Shown here piece by piece: positions 19,353 through 29,043 of a stretch of DNA of 64,000 bases. The stretch is from NCBI GenBank assembly GCA_963663475.2, contig CAXXJV010000001.1, forward strand, positions 2,080,001-2,144,000, in the 5' to 3' direction. The stretch comes from Candidatus Cloacimonadales bacterium. GTDB taxonomy: Bacteria; Cloacimonadota; Cloacimonadia; Cloacimonadales; JAFGVF01. How positions within the stretch are numbered: the stretch's first letter is position 1; every line of letters starts with the position of its first letter. A model generated the notes under the pieces. The model saw only the letters and a list, made by a program, of their open reading frames with translations. It was not told the DNA's origin and made no database searches. Made by a program: the position numbers and the translations under genes.

Positions 19353-20588
19353 ATGATTTATGATATAATCGTAATTGGGGCTGGTCCAGCTGGTATGTTA
19401 TGCTCTGGTTATCTTGGTCAGGCTGGTAAAGAAGTTTTACTTATTGAAAAAAAAGATAATCCAGGAAGGAAATTAAGAATTACAGGCAAAGGTCGCTGTA
19501 ATATTACTAATAAAAGCCCTTTAAAAGAACATTTAGCTAATATTCAACCAAAAGCAAAGTTCTTAAGACCTGCCTATAATAACTTTTTTGTGGAAGAAAC
19601 TGTTAAATTCTTTGAAAGTAATGGCTTAGCTGTCAAAGAAGAAAGAGGTTCCCGTATCTTTCCTTGCTCAGATAATGCCCAAGATGTGGTAGATGTATTG
19701 CATAAATTTTGCTTAACAAACAATGTCAGCCTTAAATTAAATACTAGTATAATTTCTCTTGAAAAATCAGCTGAATATTTTATTTTACATGACTCGCAAG
19801 CTAATATGTATAAGTGTCATAAACTTGTAATTGCAACAGGTGGTTGCTCATACCCTGTTACAGGCTCAAGTGGTGATGGTCAGAAATATGCTAAGTCTCT
19901 TGGTCATACAATTAATGACCTTAAACCTGGATTAGTTCCCTTTAATACCAAAGGAGATTTAGCTCAAAGAATGCAAGGGGTTTCTCTAAAAAACATTAAT
20001 GCTTCTATTTGGTCTAATAATAAAAAACTCTTTGAGGAGTTTGGAGAGATGATGTTTACCCATTTTGGAGTTACTGGACCTGTGATTCTAACTTTGAGTA
20101 ATAAGGTTTCTGATTTATCAATCAAAGATCTTGAGTTGAAAATCGATTTAAAGCCTGCTCTTGATCATAATAAGTTAGATGAACGACTTCTCAGAGATTT
20201 TAATGAACATGGGAAAAAGAAATTCGAGTCTGTTCTTAAACTCTTACTTCCTAAAAAAATGATTGAAGTCTGCTCTCATGAACTACAAATCCCTCTCGAT
20301 ACAATAGTCAATCAAATTACTTCTAACCAGCGAAAAGCCCTTAGATTATGGCTCAAAGAGCTTAGTCTGCCCTTGCACTCAACCAGGTCATTCAAAGAAG
20401 CTATTATTACTATTGGAGGAGTCTCTACTCAAGAAATAAATAAGAATACCTTTGAATCTAAAATTGTTCCAAACCTATATTTCTGTGGGGAAGTGATAGA
20501 TTTACATGCAAATACAGGAGGCTTTAACCTTCAGATAGCATTCTCATCTGCTTTTAGTGTCGCCCAAGCTATTCTAAAGACTAATTAG
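19353..20588 (+). CDS. HI0933/BaiN family flavoprotein
   Basis: GAGPAG, ITGKGRCNITN, MFTHFGVTGP, TGGFNLQIAFSS. Confidence 0.93.
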   Translation: MIYDIIVIGAGPAGMLCSGYLGQAGKEVLLIEKKDNPGRKLRITGKGRCNITNKSPLKEHLANIQPKAKFLRPAYNNFFVEETVKFFESNGLAVKEERGSRIFPCSDNAQDVVDVLHKFCLTNNVSLKLNTSIISLEKSAEYFILHDSQANMYKCHKLVIATGGCSYPVTGSSGDGQKYAKSLGHTINDLKPGLVPFNTKGDLAQRMQGVSLKNINASIWSNNKKLFEEFGEMMFTHFGVTGPVILTLSNKVSDLSIKDLELKIDLKPALDHNKLDERLLRDFNEHGKKKFESVLKLLLPKKMIEVCSHELQIPLDTIVNQITSNQRKALRLWLKELSLPLHSTRSFKEAIITIGGVSTQEINKNTFESKIVPNLYFCGEVIDLHANTGGFNLQIAFSSAFSVAQAILKTN

Positions 20589-20686
20589 TAAATCTGTAGA
20601 TTAAAGCTAATTAATTTTCTTACTCAATAATTTCTTGACATGATATATTAGTTAAAAAAGCTTATCTTGAAATAATAGGAGAAAAA

Positions 20687-21235
20687 ATGTCAATATTAGA
20701 AGAAAGATATAAAGACGTTAATTATTGTCTTAGATGTGGACATAAATTAGAGATTGTAAGTGATAGAGAAAACAAGATAAGGCCTACTTGTTCTAAGTGT
20801 GGTTGGGTCTTTTACAAAAACCCTATCCCAGTTGTCTGTTGCTTAATAATAAACGAGAAAGATGAAGTAGTACTGATTAAACGTAAATTTGATCCAGCAG
20901 CTGGAAAATGGGCTTTCCCTAGTGGCTATATGGAGATAGATCAAAGTCCTGAATCAGCTGCCATTGCAGAAATGAAAGAAGAAACAGGATTAGATGGTCA
21001 AGTTATTCGTTTAATAGGTTACAAGATGAGTCCAAACCCATTTTATGAGAAAGTTGTAGCTTTTGGTTTTCTTATGAAAGTGGTAGGAGGTGAGCTGAAG
21101 GCAGGTGACGATGCTATTGAAGCTCGCTTGGTCCCTCTTAACCAGATAAAAGAACTACCTTTCATATCCCAAAACTATTTTCTAAATTTAGAACTTGAAA
21201 AAAGAAAAGAAAAAAGACTAAAAGTTATTAAATAA
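20687..21235 (+). CDS. NUDIX hydrolase with N-terminal zinc ribbon
   Basis: CLRCG...CSKCG; Nudix box GYMEIDQSPESAAIAEMKEETGL. Confidence 0.9.
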   Translation: MSILEERYKDVNYCLRCGHKLEIVSDRENKIRPTCSKCGWVFYKNPIPVVCCLIINEKDEVVLIKRKFDPAAGKWAFPSGYMEIDQSPESAAIAEMKEETGLDGQVIRLIGYKMSPNPFYEKVVAFGFLMKVVGGELKAGDDAIEARLVPLNQIKELPFISQNYFLNLELEKRKEKRLKVIK

Positions 21236-21256
21236 AATATATAAAATGAGGAATTA

Positions 21257-23908
21257 ATGGAAATAAATAAAATATACGAACCAAATAAAATAGAAAAAAA
21301 ATGGTACCAGGAATGGACTGATAAGGGGTATTTTACTCCCGAAATTGATGAAAGTAAGAAGCCTTTCACTGTGCTGATTCCACCTCCAAATGTTACTGGT
21401 ATCTTACATATGGGACACGTTCTTAACAATACTATACAAGATGTTCTTATCAGATATAAAAGAATGACAGGTATCCCGACTCTTTGGCTCCCAGGAACTG
21501 ACCATGCTGGTATAGCTACTCAAAATGTTGTAGAAAAAAATCTCCACAAAGAGGGAACTAATCGTCATGAAATTGGTCGCCAAGCCCTAGTTGAAAGAAT
21601 TTGGGAATTTAAACATGAAAAAGGTGGAAGGATTATTGAACAACTTAAAAAATTAGGTTGCTCTTGTGATTGGTCTAAAGAAAGATTCACTATGGATGAA
21701 GGTCTTTCTGATGCGGTTAAAGAAGTTTTTATCCACCTTTATAATAAGGGTTTAATTTATCGTGGAAAAAGAATCATCAATTGGTGCCCTCGCTGTGTAA
21801 CTGCTTTAGCAAATGATGAAGTTGAACATAATGATGAAGCAGGTAAATTATGGCATATTAAATATCCTTACGCTGATGCTTCTGGTTATATTGAAATTGC
21901 AACTACCCGCCCTGAAACTATGCTAGGTGATGTTGCGGTTGCAGTAAACCCTAAGGATGAAAGATATAAGGATTTAATAGGCAAAGAACTTAGCCTTCCA
22001 TATACCGGTAGAACAATTCCTCTAATTGCAGATGATTATGTAGATAAAGACTTTGGTTCTGGTTGTGTTAAGATTACTCCTGCTCATGATCCAAATGATT
22101 TTGAAGTAGGACAAAGACATAATTTAGCTCAGATATTAGTAATTGATGAACATGGCATAATGAATGAAAATGCAGGTACAGAATTTGCTGGCTTAGATCG
22201 CTATGAATGTAGAAATAAGCTAATTAAAATGCTGGAAAATGATGGATTATTAATTAAAACTCAAGACCATAATCATGCAGTTGGTCATTGCTATAGATGT
22301 GATACAGTAATTGAACCTTATCTTTCAGATCAATGGTTTGTTTCTATGGAAAAACTTGCTCAACCAGCAATTGAAGTTGTGCGTAATGGACAAGTTAAGT
22401 TCCAACCTGAACGCTGGACTAAAGTGTATATGCACTGGATGGAAAATGTAAGAGACTGGTGTATCTCCCGTCAGATTTGGTGGGGTCATCGTATCCCTGC
22501 TTTCTATTGTGATGATTGTGGAGAGATTATGGTTACCAAAGAAGCTGTAAGTGAATGTAGCAAATGTCATAGTAAAAATATCAGACAAGAAGAAGATGTT
22601 TTAGATACTTGGTTCTCTTCTTGGTTATGGCCTTTCTCTACTCTTGGTTGGCCTGAAAAAACTAAGGAATTAGATTATTTCTTACCTACAGATGTTTTAG
22701 TAACAGGTCATGAAATTATCTATCTCTGGGTAGCTAGAATGATAATGGCTACTCTGGAATTTGAACAAAAGATACCTTTCCATACTGTCTTCTTACACGG
22801 CATTGTACGTGATGAAATTGGTAGAAAGATGTCCAAATCATTAGGTAACTCACCAGACCCAATTAATATAATTGATGAAGTTGGGGCTGATGCACTAAGA
22901 TTTTCTATGATCTTTAATACTCCTAAAGGACAAGATTCTTATTATTCTGATTCACTTTTAGAAACAGGTAGAAATTTTGCTAATAAAATCTGGAATGCAT
23001 TTAGATACATTATGATGAATGTTGAGAAGATTGAAGGTCTTCCCAAAGCTCAAGACCTAAAACTGGAGTTAGCTGATAAATGGATTTATTCAAGACTTAA
23101 TCAAGTAATCAAAGAAGTTACAGAGAATTATGAGAATCTTAGACAGAATGATTCTGCTCAAACCCTCATGCAATTTATCTGGAATGACTTCTGTTCTTGG
23201 TATATCGAGTTATCAAAAGATAGAATCTATGATGAAAATGACAAAGATGGCCAGTTAACTGCAAAATATGTTCTTCTTGATGTACTTCAGCAATCTATGC
23301 GACTTCTTCACCCATTAATGCCCTTTATTACTGAAGAAGTGTGGAACACTGTTAAAGTATATTTCCCTATGGACGAATCAGCTCTTATTGTTGCTAAATT
23401 CCCTCAAACAAATGAAAGCCTAGTGGACTTCTCAATAAATGATAACATGAGCTTTGTTCAAGAGACTATTACTGCCATAAGAAACCTAAGAAAGCAAGTA
23501 AATCTTTCACCGGCATTAGAGATTGAAATAACTATTAATGTTGCTGAAAAACAACAAGAAGATCTCTTTAATGAATATCAGAACTATTTTGCTAAACTTG
23601 CTAAAGTTAATAAGATGAATATTAATATAAATGGCGAAAAAGTAAAAGGTGCAATTGCTGGAGTTGTTAGAAATATAGAAATATATCTACCTTTATCTGG
23701 TCTTGTGGATCTAGAAAAAGAACAGGCTAAACTTGAAAAACAAATCACTAAATTAGAAAAAGAACTTTCAGGTATTGAAAGAAAACTTGCTAATGAAAAA
23801 TTTATTCAGAACGCTAAGCCTGAAGTTGTAGAAAAAGAAAAAGAAAAATATAATGAAGTTAAAAGTAAATTAGATACAGTTAAAGAACTCTATGAATCTT
23901 TAAAATAA
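21257..23908 (+). CDS. valS: Valine--tRNA ligase
   Basis: PPPNVTGILHMGH, DWCISRQIWWGH, KMSKS, C-terminal coiled coil. Confidence 0.98.
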   Translation: MEINKIYEPNKIEKKWYQEWTDKGYFTPEIDESKKPFTVLIPPPNVTGILHMGHVLNNTIQDVLIRYKRMTGIPTLWLPGTDHAGIATQNVVEKNLHKEGTNRHEIGRQALVERIWEFKHEKGGRIIEQLKKLGCSCDWSKERFTMDEGLSDAVKEVFIHLYNKGLIYRGKRIINWCPRCVTALANDEVEHNDEAGKLWHIKYPYADASGYIEIATTRPETMLGDVAVAVNPKDERYKDLIGKELSLPYTGRTIPLIADDYVDKDFGSGCVKITPAHDPNDFEVGQRHNLAQILVIDEHGIMNENAGTEFAGLDRYECRNKLIKMLENDGLLIKTQDHNHAVGHCYRCDTVIEPYLSDQWFVSMEKLAQPAIEVVRNGQVKFQPERWTKVYMHWMENVRDWCISRQIWWGHRIPAFYCDDCGEIMVTKEAVSECSKCHSKNIRQEEDVLDTWFSSWLWPFSTLGWPEKTKELDYFLPTDVLVTGHEIIYLWVARMIMATLEFEQKIPFHTVFLHGIVRDEIGRKMSKSLGNSPDPINIIDEVGADALRFSMIFNTPKGQDSYYSDSLLETGRNFANKIWNAFRYIMMNVEKIEGLPKAQDLKLELADKWIYSRLNQVIKEVTENYENLRQNDSAQTLMQFIWNDFCSWYIELSKDRIYDENDKDGQLTAKYVLLDVLQQSMRLLHPLMPFITEEVWNTVKVYFPMDESALIVAKFPQTNESLVDFSINDNMSFVQETITAIRNLRKQVNLSPALEIEITINVAEKQQEDLFNEYQNYFAKLAKVNKMNININGEKVKGAIAGVVRNIEIYLPLSGLVDLEKEQAKLEKQITKLEKELSGIERKLANEKFIQNAKPEVVEKEKEKYNEVKSKLDTVKELYESLK

Positions 23909-23930
23909 TAATTTAATTGATAATAAAAAT

Positions 23931-23952
23931 AGGGCAGAGGAGACTCTGCCCT
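23931..23952. terminator. Hairpin between convergent valS and dehydrogenase gene
   Basis: AGGGCAGAG-gaga-CTCTGCCCT. Confidence 0.65.
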
Positions 23953-23985
23953 TAAAACAATGCAGTAGAAGTTGTTACATATTAT

Positions 23986-25047
23986 TTATGGTTCTACAAT
24001 TATTTTTATGTGTTTATCTTTATTTTTGATAAGCTCTTCAAATCCTTCTTCTACAGCATCTTCAAGCTTAATTCTTTTAGTTATATATTGCTTAGCATTA
24101 ATCTTACCCGAATTGATAAGGTTGATGGATGTAGCGAAGTCACGATTATAACCAATTGTTCCAATTAACTCTTTTTCTCCAATTACCAAGTCATTCCAAT
24201 CTATAATCCCTTTTCCAGAAGCGGAGAATATACCAGCGATTACAGCTCTTCCTCCTTTTCTAATTGAATCTAAAGATGATTTAAGAGTAGCTTCCAAGCC
24301 AACACATTCAATAGCAACATCAGCTAATCTCCCATTATTGACTTCTTTAATCCTGCTTACTAAGTCTGTTGTAGAAGGATCTATTACATAATCAGCTCCC
24401 ATCTTTTTAGCAAAATCTTTACGTGCTGCTGCAAGTTCAACTACCATTACATTAGCTGCACCAGCAGCCTTAGCTGCTTGAAGAGTTGCTAAACCTATCG
24501 TTCCAGCACCAATAATTACAACAGATTCTCCCATCATTAATCTTGCTTTTTTTAGAGCATGTACACCTACTGAAATAGGCTCTACTAAAGCTCCTTCTTC
24601 AAAATCAACATTCTCGGCTAATTTATATAATTGATATGCAGGAACAACTGAATATTCAGCAAATCCTCCATTGTCAGCTGCTAGTCCATTAAAACCTAAG
24701 CTTTCGCAGAGATGATAATCACCTCTTCTACATGAATCACATGTTCCACAGGAAAAGCAAGCATCTGGGGAAACTCTGTCGCCAACTTTCCAGTCTTTTA
24801 CATTTTCTCCAACTTCAACTATAGTGCCTGCAAACTCATGTCCCATAGTGATTGGAGCTTGATCTCCAGTAATAGGATGAGGACTGGTGGTAGGTATAAA
24901 GATAGGACCAGCTTCATATTCATGCAAATCACTTCCACAAATTCCACACCATTCTACTTTAATTTTAACTTCATCTTTTCCAGGTTTAGGTTCAGGTATA
25001 TTTTCAATTCTAAGATCTTTCTTTCCATACCATCTTAAAGCTTTCAT
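23986..25047 (-). CDS. Zinc-dependent alcohol dehydrogenase, 2,3-butanediol dehydrogenase-like
   Basis: CGICGSDLHEY, GHEFAG, structural Zn Cys cluster, GAGTIG; start refined to ATG 25047 behind AAGGAG. Confidence 0.85.
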   Translation of the reverse strand: MKALRWYGKKDLRIENIPEPKPGKDEVKIKVEWCGICGSDLHEYEAGPIFIPTTSPHPITGDQAPITMGHEFAGTIVEVGENVKDWKVGDRVSPDACFSCGTCDSCRRGDYHLCESLGFNGLAADNGGFAEYSVVPAYQLYKLAENVDFEEGALVEPISVGVHALKKARLMMGESVVIIGAGTIGLATLQAAKAAGAANVMVVELAAARKDFAKKMGADYVIDPSTTDLVSRIKEVNNGRLADVAIECVGLEATLKSSLDSIRKGGRAVIAGIFSASGKGIIDWNDLVIGEKELIGTIGYNRDFATSINLINSGKINAKQYITKRIKLEDAVEEGFEELIKNKDKHIKIIVEP

Positions 25048-25412
25048 CAATTTTCTCCTTTTTGTTTTAATATTTATATCAATATTTTTATCATATAATA
25101 ATTCATTTGACTTATTTGCCAAATATTAATTCAAATTATTCATATGGGAATATGCAAAAGAGGTAACATTCTAAAAAATAAGTAATAATGTTAATATAAT
25201 GCTTAAGACATAAATGTGTTTTGGAGGTAAAATGCATTAAATAGGATAAAATTACGGTAAAAAAAATAATTTTAAAAGATAAAAAAATATCTAAAAAACA
25301 CTAGATTTGAAAATAATCTAGAAAAGATTCCTTAGTTATGCTAGCTAATTTCAGAAACAATTAAATTTGACATAGATGATGCAGTAGAGCTTTAGCCAAG
25401 ACTCAAAGTATC

Positions 25413-25680
25413 GCAACCCTGGGGTAATGATTGCTAACACAAAATAATACCCTGTAAAGGTTTAATAAAAATTAGGGAATTATGGCATCCTTGCCATAAG
25501 AAAAATGTGAAAACCAGGATGCTTCCACTCTATATAAAATCAGCAAGATACTTATGATAATAACGTGTTAGAATTATAATGAACCTTTACAGGGTTAGGT
25601 CGTAATTTTGAATATTGTACTTGGGATGACGATCCTTATAGCATCTTACCCCAGGCTAAATTATTAATCCCTTTCAGGCA
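25413..25680. repeat. Nested inverted-repeat (REPIN-like) segment
   Basis: ACCCTGTAAAGGTT/AACCTTTACAGGGT perfect 14-bp pair; CCTGGGGTAATGATTGCTA/TAGCATCTTACCCCAGG near-perfect outer pair; inner TTATGGCA/TGCCATAA. Confidence 0.65.
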
Positions 25681-25780
25681 TACTTTGGATAATCAAACTA
25701 ATGATAAAATTTTATATTTAACTAATTTTCTTCCACCAGACTTGAACTTGAGCCTAACTTACTCGCAAGCAAATGATTTT

Positions 25781-26284
25781 TCAGATTATATATTTAACTA
25801 TTTCTGGATTATACCTATCTATAAATTTATTTTCTTGGTCTTCAGCAGGATAACCTACTGGTATGACTGAAAAGGCTTTTAGCTTATCAGGAAGTTGAAG
25901 AAGATTGCTTAAGTAAGTCATTCTTTCTTCTAAGGGTGCTACACCTAGCCATACCCCTCCTAATCCTTGATTAACTATCTCTAACAATATAGTTTGACTA
26001 CATGAAGCAAGATCTTGCTGCCAAAAATCAGGGAAAATACATTTTTCAACATTTGCAAGCAGGACAAGAGCAAAAGCTGAATTTGCTACCATGCTAGAAT
26101 AGGGACTCATTTGAGAGATCTTGGATAAGGTCTCTCTATTAGTAACTATGATAAATTCCCAAACTTGTTGATTACCAGCAGAGGGAGCTTGCATTCCTGC
26201 TCTGATAATTTTCTCAATTTTACTCATTTCTACAGCTTTATCTAGGTACTTTCTGATAGATCTTCTATTGTTGATTACATCCAT
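25781..26284 (-). CDS. Nitroreductase family protein
   Basis: RRSIRKY, QAPSAGNQQVWEF, GLGGVWLG, PVGYP. Confidence 0.93.
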   Translation of the reverse strand: MDVINNRRSIRKYLDKAVEMSKIEKIIRAGMQAPSAGNQQVWEFIIVTNRETLSKISQMSPYSSMVANSAFALVLLANVEKCIFPDFWQQDLASCSQTILLEIVNQGLGGVWLGVAPLEERMTYLSNLLQLPDKLKAFSVIPVGYPAEDQENKFIDRYNPEIVKYII

Positions 26285-26316
26285 TGTATTCTCCTTACTT
26301 TTTATAGTTCATAATA

Positions 26317-26517
26317 TTAAGCCAGATAGTGTAGTAGAACTTTGATAATACTTGGCTAAAGCTACGTATCACAGGTGAAGAGTGCTTGATTCTTTTTAGC
26401 AAAGTGAGTTACAGAATTTGAAGGCATATAATATATATTCCTGAAAAAATCTGTAGCTTACTTTTGCAAAAGAAGATTCTGCTATTCGCAAAGGCCTACT
26501 GCATTATTGGGAATTAA
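26317..26517. mobile_element. MITE-like element, about 200 bp, longest copy of the dispersed family
   Basis: Left end TTAAGCCAGATAGTGTAGTAGAACTTTG; right end reverse complement TTAATTCCCAATAATGCAGTAGGCCTTTG; left half matches 61311-61412 inverted; no ORF. Confidence 0.65.
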
Positions 26518-26583
26518 CTCGCTTTCTTAATTAATGAGTTCATTTCTAAGTGTTACCTGTTTTTGAAATTTATCAATTTTCTC

Positions 26584-26871
26584 TCATATAATTTTTTTAT
26601 ATATGTTAACTTCACCTTCTTTTTTTGATAAGTTGTTTAATAAAGGTACAAGCTTTTTGAAATGCTCTGATTCCATATGTTTTTCTAATGATTTACTAGT
26701 ATCCCAAATCTCAATGAATGTGAGTATTGAACTATCATCCTTATCCTGAAAAAGATCATACTGGATACATCCACTTTCTTCTCTTGTTGAGCTAACTAGT
26801 TGGGCACATATATCTAATGCTTCTGGAATTTTATCGCTTCTAAAATAGTTCTTTGCAATTACTGTAATCAT
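26584..26871 (-). CDS. Antibiotic biosynthesis monooxygenase (putative quinol monooxygenase) family
   Basis: TREESGCIQYDL, FIEIW, HMESEHFK. Confidence 0.9.
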   Translation of the reverse strand: MITVIAKNYFRSDKIPEALDICAQLVSSTREESGCIQYDLFQDKDDSSILTFIEIWDTSKSLEKHMESEHFKKLVPLLNNLSKKEGEVNIYKKII

Positions 26872-27289
26872 TACTTTTTCTCCACTTTATTTTATTTATA
26901 TTTTTTTTTCATAGTATGTTACTTAATTTCTTTCTTTTTTTTGTAAATATGTGTCAATAAAAAGATTTTCTTAAGATCAGTCTCGATATAGAAAACAGTT
27001 CAACTTCAAGCCCTTCTTCCCAATAGTTTATCCTTAAAGAAGTAAATAATATTGCCCTTCTTTAGGTTTTCTTAACATTTTATCAGGATTGTTTTTAGCT
27101 AAGATTGCCTCTTTTGTCGGACGGTGGAGATTCTGTTAACACTCTGACATCCCTCGGGATTGATCTTGATTGGCCAATAATAAAAAAACAGAAGTATTAA
27201 AATTATTTATCACATTTCACACTCTACTTTGGATAGAACCCTATTTTATTTCACAAAAATTACTGAGAAATAACTATATTCTCCTCTAT

Positions 27290-27370
27290 TCATCCTTAAT
27301 CCTTCCTTTACAGTCTTTCGATGAAACTGGGACTTTCATCGAAAGACTGTAAAGGAAGGATTAAGGATGA
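27290..27370. repeat. Perfect palindrome, 37-bp arms with 7-nt loop
   Basis: TCATCCTTAATCCTTCCTTTACAGTCTTTCGATGAAA-ctgggac-exact reverse complement; second copy at 61548-61626. Confidence 0.95.
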
Positions 27371-27387
27371 TAAGGGTATTGATAAGA

Positions 27388-27422
27388 CCGAAGTCCCTTA
27401 CCTAGAGTTGAGGAATTCCAGT
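27388..27422. repeat. REP-like imperfect hairpin motif
   Basis: CCGAAGTCCCTTACCTAGAGTTGAGGAATTCCAGT; related copies at 61496, 62235, 62305, 62478, 62645. Confidence 0.75.
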
Positions 27423-27515
27423 ATACTTGAGAGAACCAAAAATTATTGTATGGTTTAAGAGAGTTGATGCTTCAGGACCTGAAGAGCCATTATAGGAGAG
27501 AAAAACGTAAAAAGT

Positions 27516-27685
27516 TTCATTACTAAGGCACAAAGGCACTAAGAAGAAGAATACCTTCACACGAATGAACACGAATTAAAACGAATTACACGAATTAAGA
27601 AAAGAGACTTAACACAGGTGTCTTCGCTAAAGCTACGCCAACCCAGGGAGTTACACAGAGGTTAAGAGGAGTTTCACAGAGTTTT
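27516..27685 (+). repeat. Cluster of short tandem motifs
   Basis: ACTAAGGC-ACAAAGGC-ACTAAG; ACGAAT four times (27561-27596); CACAGAG twice. Confidence 0.7.
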
Positions 27686-27801
27686 TAAGAGAGGAAGATA
27701 GAAACAAAGATAAAGCTGATTGGTAGAGATAAGAAAATAGATTGACTAAAAACTGAATTGCAATAAAATAAAAATAAGATCAAAACATAGAAGGAGAATG
27801 T

Positions 27802-28344
27802 ATGGAAGTTAATAAAGATACTATCTGGTTTTATATTATTGATAAGGTAATAATTGTTATTTTATTAGGGATTTTTGCTTATCGAAATAATAGAAAACTT
27901 GAGAAATTTAAGAATGACCTATTGAAAGAAAATAGAGTATTCTCTGATAAATACGATAAAATACATGAGTTAAAAAACATAATATATGATTGTAAAATAT
28001 CAATTGATAAAGCAATTATTCATTCCAAAAATAAAAAGAAGTATGGGTTTGATAAAGACATTGAATCAACTACAATTGTACAAGAATCTCATGAAAATCA
28101 GGGAAAGTTAGATAGATTTTTGCAGTATAATAATCTATGGTTAATGGAAGAATTACAAGATACTAGTAAGCAGGTATTGAATAAATTGGGCGAGATAATC
28201 AAACAAATACTTGCTTATGATCTAGACAATGTGATGGTCAAGAGAGAGGAAAGCAGATTAAAAGATATTGAAATTGAATTCCTGGATGCAATAAAAGTTT
28301 TTGATAAAGAATTTCTAAATTTCATCAATAATTTTCAAAAATAA
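27802..28344 (+). CDS. Hypothetical protein, single N-terminal TM followed by helical domain
   Basis: AAGGAG RBS, upstream TTGACT-16-TAAAAT; hydrophobic IWFYIIDKVIIVILLGIFAY. Confidence 0.75.
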   Translation: MEVNKDTIWFYIIDKVIIVILLGIFAYRNNRKLEKFKNDLLKENRVFSDKYDKIHELKNIIYDCKISIDKAIIHSKNKKKYGFDKDIESTTIVQESHENQGKLDRFLQYNNLWLMEELQDTSKQVLNKLGEIIKQILAYDLDNVMVKREESRLKDIEIEFLDAIKVFDKEFLNFINNFQK

Positions 28345-28411
28345 TAATTAAATAAAGTTATTAATTGTATTTTACAGTTAGCATGTATTCTGAACAAGAA
28401 AAGGAGTTTGT

Positions 28412-29032
28412 ATGGTTAATGATGTTATTGTTAATTTGAAGTTTGATGCTAATGTGTTAAGTACAGTTGTATCAATAATTAGCATTTTAGTAAGTGCAGG
28501 TTTAGTTATAGCCCAGATAGTAAATACTGTTCGAGTAAAAAAACTTGAAAGCAACTTGAAGAATAAAGGGAGAATTTTTGAGGATAGATATGTTAAAACT
28601 ACACAAATTTTAGAAAGTGTGTGGTCATCTAAAAGCAAGCTAGATATCCTTTTGAATAGACTCGTTTATATTAGTAAGGACCCACAATACAGCAAATTAA
28701 GGTTGGACTATATACGAATGTACTCTGAGTTCTTGAATGAAAGAAATGTTTCAACCATATTTTCCTCTAGTAGCAAGTATTGGTTAGGTGATTCTCTTTA
28801 TAATGAGATTATTCACGAAACCAAACTTAGCGAACAAATACTCGAGGAACTATTTAAACTTAAGAATTTCTTTGAGTCAATACCCCTTGGAAATATTGAT
28901 AATAATAGCTCTGTTATTGTTTCAGCAATTGAACAAACTTATGGAGATAAGCTTAATTCTCTAATAAAAGAGCATTATGCTGTCATTAAAAACTTTGAAC
29001 AGATGTGTATTGAAAAATTTCCCGAAAATTAG
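28412..29032 (+). CDS. Hypothetical protein, single N-terminal TM followed by helical domain
   Basis: AAGGAG RBS; TM VLSTVVSIISILVSAGLVIA; local similarity to 27802-28344. Confidence 0.75.
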   Translation: MVNDVIVNLKFDANVLSTVVSIISILVSAGLVIAQIVNTVRVKKLESNLKNKGRIFEDRYVKTTQILESVWSSKSKLDILLNRLVYISKDPQYSKLRLDYIRMYSEFLNERNVSTIFSSSSKYWLGDSLYNEIIHETKLSEQILEELFKLKNFFESIPLGNIDNNSSVIVSAIEQTYGDKLNSLIKEHYAVIKNFEQMCIEKFPEN

Positions 29033-29043
29033 TGAGAACAAGT

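Noticed and set aside
26960-27260. Gene remnant on the minus strand
   Set aside because: Only short broken frames that I could not assign to any family.
27170-27352. 60-aa ORF (and 25685-25870)
   Set aside because: TTG starts, no RBS, and they run into a palindrome or overlap a real gene antisense.
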